DNA from: Botryllus schlosseri
Taxonomy: Eukaryota
Direction of reading: 5' to 3'
DNA length: 64,000 nucleotides
NCBI GenBank assembly: GCA_051294905.1
Contig: CM119374.1
Span: forward strand, 14,880,001 to 14,944,000
A program made the position numbers and the translations under genes. The notes beneath the pieces are model-generated. The model saw nothing but the letters and a program-made list of their open reading frames with translations. It did no database searches and was not told the DNA's origin. Below are positions 38,501-47,500 of this stretch, piece by piece (the stretch's first letter is position 1; each line of letters starts with the position of its first letter).

Positions 38501-41500
38501 TGCTGGATTTTCTGCGGACCAGAAAGGTAGATTAGTAAGATTCTGTCAGAACCGACTGAGTATAGACTGCTGCTTCTTAATCCTGGTCGCCACCAGGATC
38601 AAAGTCTGGATTAAGGTACAAAAGCATATAAATTTGGCGAGGTTTGTAATAGTTATAACATTGTAGATTGAAATTGCTTATCTGAGGTTCATTATAAAGG
38701 TAGTGAATACTGCATGTTGGTGATATTTTGTTACCGGTACTCAATTGTGCTTCTCCTTATTGACTGATGATCATGTTATTACAGAATGTTTAATGATAAT
38801 TGCATACAAACTATGTAATAAACGAATTCAGCCGTTCTCTTGCATTGGAAACAATCAACCAAGCCGTGAAATGCCACATCACCAAACATGGCAAAAAACA
38901 GAACAGCAATTGAAGGTTGCTTCAAAACAAGAGAAAGTGTCAAAACTGAAAATGACAGAAGGCCTTCGGAACATTCAATTGGAAGAGTGACTGAAGTTAT
39001 GGTATCTGACCCGGTAACGGTGATATTTATTTCAAGGTAAGTTTGTAGACATTAATTATATCCATAATATGGCGCATATCAGTAAATTAATGGTTATAGC
39101 TGTCATACCAGCACAGGTTCTGCCACTTGAACATCATTTTGAAAGTGATTCCACTGTATTGTCTATAGTTACTGCAGAAAATCAATCATGTAAGTTATTT
39201 TGCGAGAGAGTAATGAGAACTTGTTCGATACATTGACCACATCGAGAAGTGTTCCCCATGATGATGATCGGTTCATGTCAGAGGCAACTCCTCTCGTTAT
39301 TTTCATCACTACTTTTTGCTAACATATCAATTGTAAAAGTGTAGATATATATTATATCGAATTCTCACCCGGTGGTGTATTAAAGGGAATGCATTCACGA
39401 TATCAAACGTTCTTGTCATACATTCAGCGATTTTATAATGAGATTCTTTGTTAGTTGTCAAATGATCAGTATTTTCCACCATCACTAGCAAATATGCATG
39501 TGCAATTGTGCATTGTACATGTGTAAACATACGTATAGCCTCAAATCCTTCTGAAACATTCACATTTTTTCAGAAACAAGCTACATGGAATCGCAGTCAA
39601 CATACGTGACAAAGACAAGTGATCTGCCACCTGGTATGTAGCTTATACTCATTTGAATTTCAAGTCGAGTTGATATTTCAGAATATACAATCTTGCAGTT
39701 TAGGGGAGTTTGGCAAACTTTTGCTAACGAGAGAGTTGGAATTGGTGTTTGACTGCTCGAAAGATTGCTGATTACCAGTGCAATGCACATAGTTACAATC
39801 CTGTAACAATTGATATAAGATGGTATACAATGGAGCCTGATCGATTATATCGCTTTGCCGATAATATAGACTCGATATCACTCTTTGAAAGAATCGTTGT
39901 TATCGGCCATTGGAAATGAATATGTATGGGCAGTTTTCGTGAGGTCACAGCATGGTCATAGGAAGTCCATAAACTATACTCTTTGACCACTAGACTGAGA
40001 ATATTGATATATTTCACATATATTACACTTTACAGGTGTGCTGATACAGCCTTTCTAGTTTATTTTCTGTCCAAGTATAGCATTGGCTGTAAAGCTGTTC
40101 AAATAGATGCCCTGAAGTTTTTCAAATGCGCATTTTAAGGTATTCCACACAATTTGAATATAGGCTATAGTCGTTATCGGTGAAGGAGTTGGATATTGGT
40201 TTTATCGGTATCGTCCCAAAACTCCAATATCAGTCGGGCTCTAGTATATAAATACAATACAATGAAAACCACCAATTCTGCACTTTGTGATGAGCTGGTT
40301 GCGGAATACAAGTTTTTAATGACTAGAGACTGACCAATTATTGGTTCACGGCTCATATCGAATGGATACCCCACTTGGAAACAGATATTGATATCATCCA
40401 TTAGAGGAAAAAATATCAGCCAACAAGACCAGGAGAATTTCCAAATGATTTCTTTTGTGATTGGCTTCTTAATACAAGTTTTAGTTTAATCATAGGTTAC
40501 TACATCATCGCAGAGTCACTATGAACTTCTTTTAATTCAGAAAAACAATGAGCTGAGAATTGAACTGATGGTGTGCAAGATTGAGGAGCTCAAAGAAAGA
40601 AAAGACATGAGAGACGAAGAAAGATATTTCAGAAAGCAAGAATTCAAAATGCGTATTGAAGAACATGCGATAAAAATGGAAAAATATAGATTAGACCTTG
40701 GACAATTGAGGAATTAGTGACATCTGTAATGCAATATTTCTTTGTTCAATTATTTCATTGTGCCTTCCTGTCAAGTTATGTAAATAGCCGAATACGCATT
40801 TTCTGAAAAGCAACATTTCTTATAATATTTCATTGTGCCTGCCTGACAAGTGTTCCTCACCTTACAGGCAATGTTCCCTCTAATTTTCGACAAGTTTGCG
40901 CACACTCAGCAACTCACTACGCAGACCCTTGGACAACAGTGTGTCAATGTCTGTAAAAAAAGTCATCACTTCGAATTTTTTGGTGCGCAACTTGGATTTT
41001 CTGTGCGCAGAGACCATGTCAGCACTGCGCATTTGCGTACGTGAGTAGCTTAGAGGGAACATTGCTTATAGGTATTATCGACGGTGCAAATTTTTTGAAA
41101 TGCAACATTTCTTTATAATATTTCATTGTGCCTGCCTGCCAAGTGTTCCTCGCCTTATAGGTATTGTCGACGGTGCAAACATTTCGGTACATTTTTTCAA
41201 TTCATATTTGTCAATTTGATTAGAAGTAATGGGACACCTGCTCTTTGTTTATTATCTACAGTGCAATTGTAGTTGAATCTTTCATTCCACGAAGTCATGC
41301 ACATTTCATTCTCTTTATTATTTTTACACCAGCACGGTTTACTGTGTTCGTTAAAATTTTAAAATAAACATAATTAGTAGAAATATGTGTTGATGTTATT
41401 TTCAAGATCGGCTATTGCGTCAGTGTATCCAACTTCAGATGTTATATCCGTAGCTTCCCCGGGAGCAACTGCAATATCAGGAACTGGCTCATTGGTTTTT

Positions 41501-44500
41501 GTAGCAAAATTGTGCAAACATATTGTTGCAATGATTGCCGGGATGGTGTTTTCGATTTGCATTCGCATAGGATTTGGAAACGCTGTTTGAGGACGCCAAA
41601 GCATTGCTTGATCAGCACGCGTGTCTTTAAGTGCATATAGCTGTATTTTTTTTCTTGTGCAGCCTGTGGATTTGTTAATGGAGTCATCAGGTACATTTTT
41701 AGAGCATAGAGCCTCTGTCTCCCAGCAAAGTCCCATTGTATTTTTTCTGGCCGAGCTCGTATTTTAATCTGGAGTTTACAAAAGTTCTTGAGTCATGAGT
41801 ACTCCCTGGCCACCTCACGACAGCATTAGTCACAACCGGCATTCTCTTGGCATTGCAGTCCATTTGACAGTTCAAAGAAAAATATCCTTTCCTGCAACAT
41901 TTCTCTATTCTCTGACAATGCCCAAGAAATGCAGTGGATAATTCGGCGTGCAGTTGTCCGGGTTACACCAATCAAGTCAGCATCTCTTTGTTGAAAATGA
42001 TCGTAGCAAAAAATCGGAGAGCACAGAGTAATTACATCATGGGGTGCAAAGCTTGACACCGTACTTCCAACCATGGGCTGTCTTTAATCATCTCCAATAG
42101 AATTACCGTAGCTCCCTTCTAGAATCTGTAGCGGTCAACGAATTCATTTTCTGGGTATTTTAAAAATAAGTCCGATATGTCTGCCAAGTAATGCCTGGGC
42201 ACAACAATTGTATTCTCGTCATCCGAACTGCCATCTACGATGTCCAAATTATCCATACTACAGACAGTAATAACAACAGTACCGGTTTGCAATGCCGTCT
42301 TTAGAACTTATAACTGTGAATAAACTACAGAGTGATATGCATTAAAGCTGCAAAGTGGCGTCAAATCAATTTCATAAGTCTACCTAGGAAACGACGGCAT
42401 TCATAGCATATGACCAAAATCGACGACGTTTCCAATCAGCATTGCCAAAGCAATATTTACTGCGAAGTCGATGGGTTGACATGGCAACCTTCCACGGATG
42501 ACTACATTTTGCGTCATTTTGACGCAATAGCGTCCTACATCCTGGATTTGTAGATCTACTAACTTCGCACGAACATCCAATGTTTTGGCGTGCGGATCAT
42601 CTACTTCTAAATCGGGAGATCTTGGAACTCGCAGATGAAGCGAAAATCCAGGATGTTTTTACTCAGCTTTTTGGCCTCCGCCCTAAGTGTCTATTAGGTC
42701 ATCGGTTGAGTGCAAGGGTGAGATTAGGTTACTGGTTAGCGTTGGGGGTGAGGTTAGGTTGGGAAGTTGAATTTGATTGGGTGAGGTTGTTGATTGTTCG
42801 GTGAGCGTTTTTGTAGTTATGTTATGTACCAAATAAATTCTCTCTTTCTCGCTTTTTAAGAAACTGTTCGAGAGAAATGGGAAAATAGCATTCAGAATTT
42901 ATTTAATTCCTGGTCCCCTGATGTTGATAGATACTACTTTAGGTTTGAAGTTTATATTGTGTTGTGGGCTAGGGTTTGGGCGAGATTAGTTTAGGGTTGA
43001 GGGTAGGGTAGTTTGGGTTACGTTGTTTAATTGTTCTGTGAATGTTCTGGTACTTAATGCTGAAGCCAAATATATTGCATGTCCGTCGTTCTATTGGAAA
43101 CTTTGAAGTAAAAATGAAAATCAAGCACTTGAAAGAACGTCATTTATGGCCTTCCGCAGTTAATGAACGCTAATTTAGCAAATTGTTAACCTGGTCTTCG
43201 TACAGCAATTTAACCGCTTGAAACTGGCTTCCGTGTCGCTCATGATTATTACAGTGAAGCATAGGGTACAGTTGGGATTCAATTACTGCTGATCACTGAA
43301 ATTTCGCTTGGGAATTTTTTCAGCTTATTCAAGTTGCAGCACACATCCTCGGCATACCGATGGATTTGATCAGGGTTTCTGAAACGACAAATATCATGGC
43401 GCCGAACAGTGGCCCTTCTGCCGGCAGCATTACTTCTGAGATGTGCGCCAAGGTACCCATATTATTTCATTGTTTTCTTTTAATGACAAAATGACGTAGG
43501 CCTTGTCATCTTGGTCACCAACGGGGTCAATTTTGCCTGTAATGTAGCTGATATTTTTGCTTCCTTGCTATGAGTCAAGGAATGCTGATTTCCTTTTTAG
43601 AATTGATACAAATTCAACAACTTCAAGACTGAAATCCTTTGCATCTACTTGCTAGGTACTTGCTCAAGCCTGATAGCAAGCCTACTTGACTAACATCTCT
43701 TATCCCATTCTCTCCTTTTAAATTCGTTCTTATGTATGGATACTGTTTCTCATTGGGTCTGTTGTGCATGCAGCATATATTCAATATGTTTGCAGGCCAA
43801 TGTATTTGTACGCCAAGCTGTAACTGTAACTGATTGACTTCAGCAAGACATTTGAACTTCTTCCTTGCTTTTTGTTGTGTTACTATTCCTGTGGTGTCTT
43901 GGATTGATGAAAATTGTTACTATAATGACTCTGAAATATTATCCTGTTTCAGGGCGTGCTGGAATGTTGCAAAATGATGAAAACCCGTATCGACGCCGCA
44001 ACAGAGAAGCTTCAACTCTCCAGTGACATTAGTTGGAAAGAGAAAGTGGAAAAGTGTTTTTACGAAGGTGTAGATCTGACAGCCCACTATTGGTAAGTGA
44101 TGGCTGTGTCAACTCTTATTACCACCACACAGTACGAAGAGGTGTTTTGTAGTTTCAGAGAGGCATTTCTATTCAAATAGCAAGCTGCACCATAAATTTC
44201 TACTTACTTGCAAGTTGATATATTGATTCCCAAGACACATCAAAGTTAGTTGAACAAGAAGGATAAAATGAAAGTTCTGAAACGTACCGGGGTAATTAGT
44301 GGGGCGATGACTTTTGACAAGGCAAAAAAAGTGAAATTTTTGTCAAAATTGTAGCATTAGATCAATAAATGGTCCAAATAGTTTAGGAAGTCAAAAATTC
44401 TTTGGCACACTGCATTTCGTTGGTGTCGTAGAGGTTACGCTGTCGGTGAACTTTTCATTTGACATCTTACACCTTGTAGCCTACTTCACAGGCTTACTGT

Positions 44501-47500
44501 TGTAGATGGCCCATTGTCTAGTCATTGTGAATCATAAATTATCGATTACAACAAATAAGTTGACAAGGCATGATGATCAGCACACCTAAAGTGAGTAAAA
44601 TTTTTAGTAGGTCTGAAATTTTTTCAAGCTCACTCCGATATCTCACTGAATCTAAAACTTGACAGCGTAGTGGACATTGGGTAATATACCATAGTGATTC
44701 TCAACGTTTGGATCGTGAGATGATAAAAAAACACAGAATTCTGGTCTAAAAAGCTTGATGTAGACAACATTGTCCACATGAAGCAACAGGTATGTTACTG
44801 ACACTCATGCAGTATACTCCAAACTTCAATGCTGCTACCAAACAACTGCTTCTGTTGAACGTTTTACTTCATTCTTGACAAGCTAGTCCGTAAGGACTTC
44901 AGTTTCAACCAAAAATTTAGAAAAGTGCAAGAAAATGACTACAATTGAAACATTTTGTGCAGCAATGCCTAATTTAAATACTTGATTGCAAAATTTTGTC
45001 AAAGTTAATTTGTTTACGGTCAAAATATGTAAATATTTTCCTTTTTTTGAGCAAAATCTTTCGTTTTTAGGTCAACAAATAATCGCCCCAGAAATTAGGT
45101 TCAAAAGTAATATTGGTTCAGGAGTTGCATGCTTTTATCAGGTATACGCGGTTACTTTCCGAATTGCAAGATATATATTCTCGAGTGAAATAAAATGAAA
45201 TTGCAAATAGGTGCGATCTCCTGATATATTCAGTTACTGCGATGCAAGGGCTATTTTGCACAGTTTTTATGACAATGCAACACATAAAAGTGATATAAAA
45301 GTGTATCCACTTTTCAAAATCTACTTGAGTATCCCAAAATATTACATATACATCGTTACTGACCGCCTGTGGTGAATTACAAATCTCAACATAGTGTGAA
45401 GTCGGCTATTTAATTTTCATTTACACAAAATTTTGGTGTTGTTTTCCAGGGTTTATCCAACTGAAAGTGTTGCCAAGCGTTACAGTGTTTGCGGGGCAGC
45501 ACTGTCGGAAGTGGAAATGGATATATTGACTGGAGAATATGCTCTGAAGAGAGTCGATATGATCTACGATTGCGGGAAAAGGTTTGCTTATTTATTTAGT
45601 CGATAGCGTGCGTCCAATTTTAACCGAGTTATCTTATCTGTGAATATTTACAAAATGCTCGGAATTAGTCTTCGTGGGATTTTCCAATGGTAACACACTT
45701 CTAGTTCCGGATAAATATGTCCAGGATTATCTACATGAAGTAGTGAACTTCCTGCAATGATATCTTCCACCACTGGGGACACTTATCTCCATTAAATCAT
45801 TTAAGATAAATTTGTGATAATGCTAAACCTCGTACCCCACGGATGTCACACATACGGCCAACAAGCCACATCTGGCCTGCCAAACGATTTCTTCCGACCC
45901 GTGAAGCGTGAAGTCAGAGTAGAGATCTTCAACAATTGTTGAGATTTTTAGTGATACATAGTTTCAAAATAATCCTTCAAGACACCATTTATGTCGAGCA
46001 AGGCTTCGCCATATTTTAACCATCCGACAGTGGCATCGAAGGTATCACTCTAGTCATCAATACAAACAAGTCACTGACATTGACACACAATTCCAAAAAG
46101 GTAAAAAAGTGCATACTGAGTCAGAAAAATGGACCTAAAAAAACGCCGAGGCGAAACCGTTATATGCTCGTTATATGGGAAATATAACTTTTTTTTCAAA
46201 TATTTGTGGTCGCACTACTGTATCACTTCTGACTCAAATGTACCCGGCTTCCAGAGAAACCTGAATCGCGATTAATAATAATGAAGCAAATTCCAACATC
46301 CTCGTTTACAGTTGTTAGATTAGAGCCCTTATGATCCGTAATATAATGTAATATACTATTGTGGATAAAGGCTTGATATTAAAGTACTCAAGTGAAATAC
46401 TTGGGCATCCATTTTGAGGTAACATTTTTGAACTATTTGACTACAGTATTTGCTGTGTGTTGAAAGCTCCTGTGCTTTTTGATCAATAGGGGTTAGCACA
46501 TCACATTTTCCAATGTTGGTTGTACCTTATATTTGCATCCTGTGATTATGTATATCAACCATGTGTATTAATATTGTTTTCTTGCTGTTGCGTATCTACA
46601 GCGTCAATCCTGAAATTGATGTGGGGCAAGCAGAAGGGGCCTTCATGTTTGGCGTGGGATACTACACAACTGAAAAGTTGATATTCAATCCAGAAAATGG
46701 GCAATTGTTGACGCACAATACATGGGAGTACAAACCCCCGGCCAGCAAGGTGAGTCTGCGCTGGCAGTTTTTTTCAATTAATTCCCATTTTCTGCTAACT
46801 AATATGTTGGTATCCTTGTGAAGAATTGCACATAAATTCATGGTTCACGGATCACAAAGAATCCTGTTTAATTAGCAAGCAAGGGATGCGATAAGTCATG
46901 CGAATGTACTCACACAAAAACCATGTATATTTTGTCATGTCATGTCTAATGCCTCGCATTGACTGGCATTTGTGTTGTAAAAGGCTGACACACATGAATA
47001 AGTGCAGCCAAATATTCTGGTGAAGGAGGCTGCAGTTACCAAAGTATTAGAAAAATTTAGATCTCATTTGACGAACGGCCCTATATATATATATATGTCA
47101 AAAAAATAATGATTAACCTCTAGATTACGATCGACGTGCACCGCTGTTATTGATGTTGTGAAACACACATAGTGTATTGGGGATTCAGGTGGTCCCGAGC
47201 TTATGGCTGAATTTATCATCGGATTAGAGGATAATTTTTTTATTGCAGTATTCGGGATGCTTTGAAGACATTGACTCTTGACTAGGGTACGCGAATCCGA
47301 GTAGAGTATTGAGATTCGATTTTTCCAAGAACCAAAAACATAGGCTACACTTTATACCAATAGCAATATATTTTCAACAATATTTCTGTCGTTGGAGTCT
47401 CAGTGAACCGTACCTTAGCATTGAAAAATGGTAATATATTTCTTCTGGCCGCAATGAAGTTTCCAAACTTTCAAGTCATTGTCACGGTCATAGGTTGAGC

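Larger units (their letters stand above)
38780..42300. mobile_element. Decayed PIF/Harbinger element (two convergent genes) in intron 24 of paralog A; termini not resolved
   Basis: HARBI1-type transposase remnants lie on the minus strand and a putative spliced Myb/SANT-like partner lies on the plus strand, arranged tail to tail. Two younger MITEs are nested inside. Confidence 0.65.
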
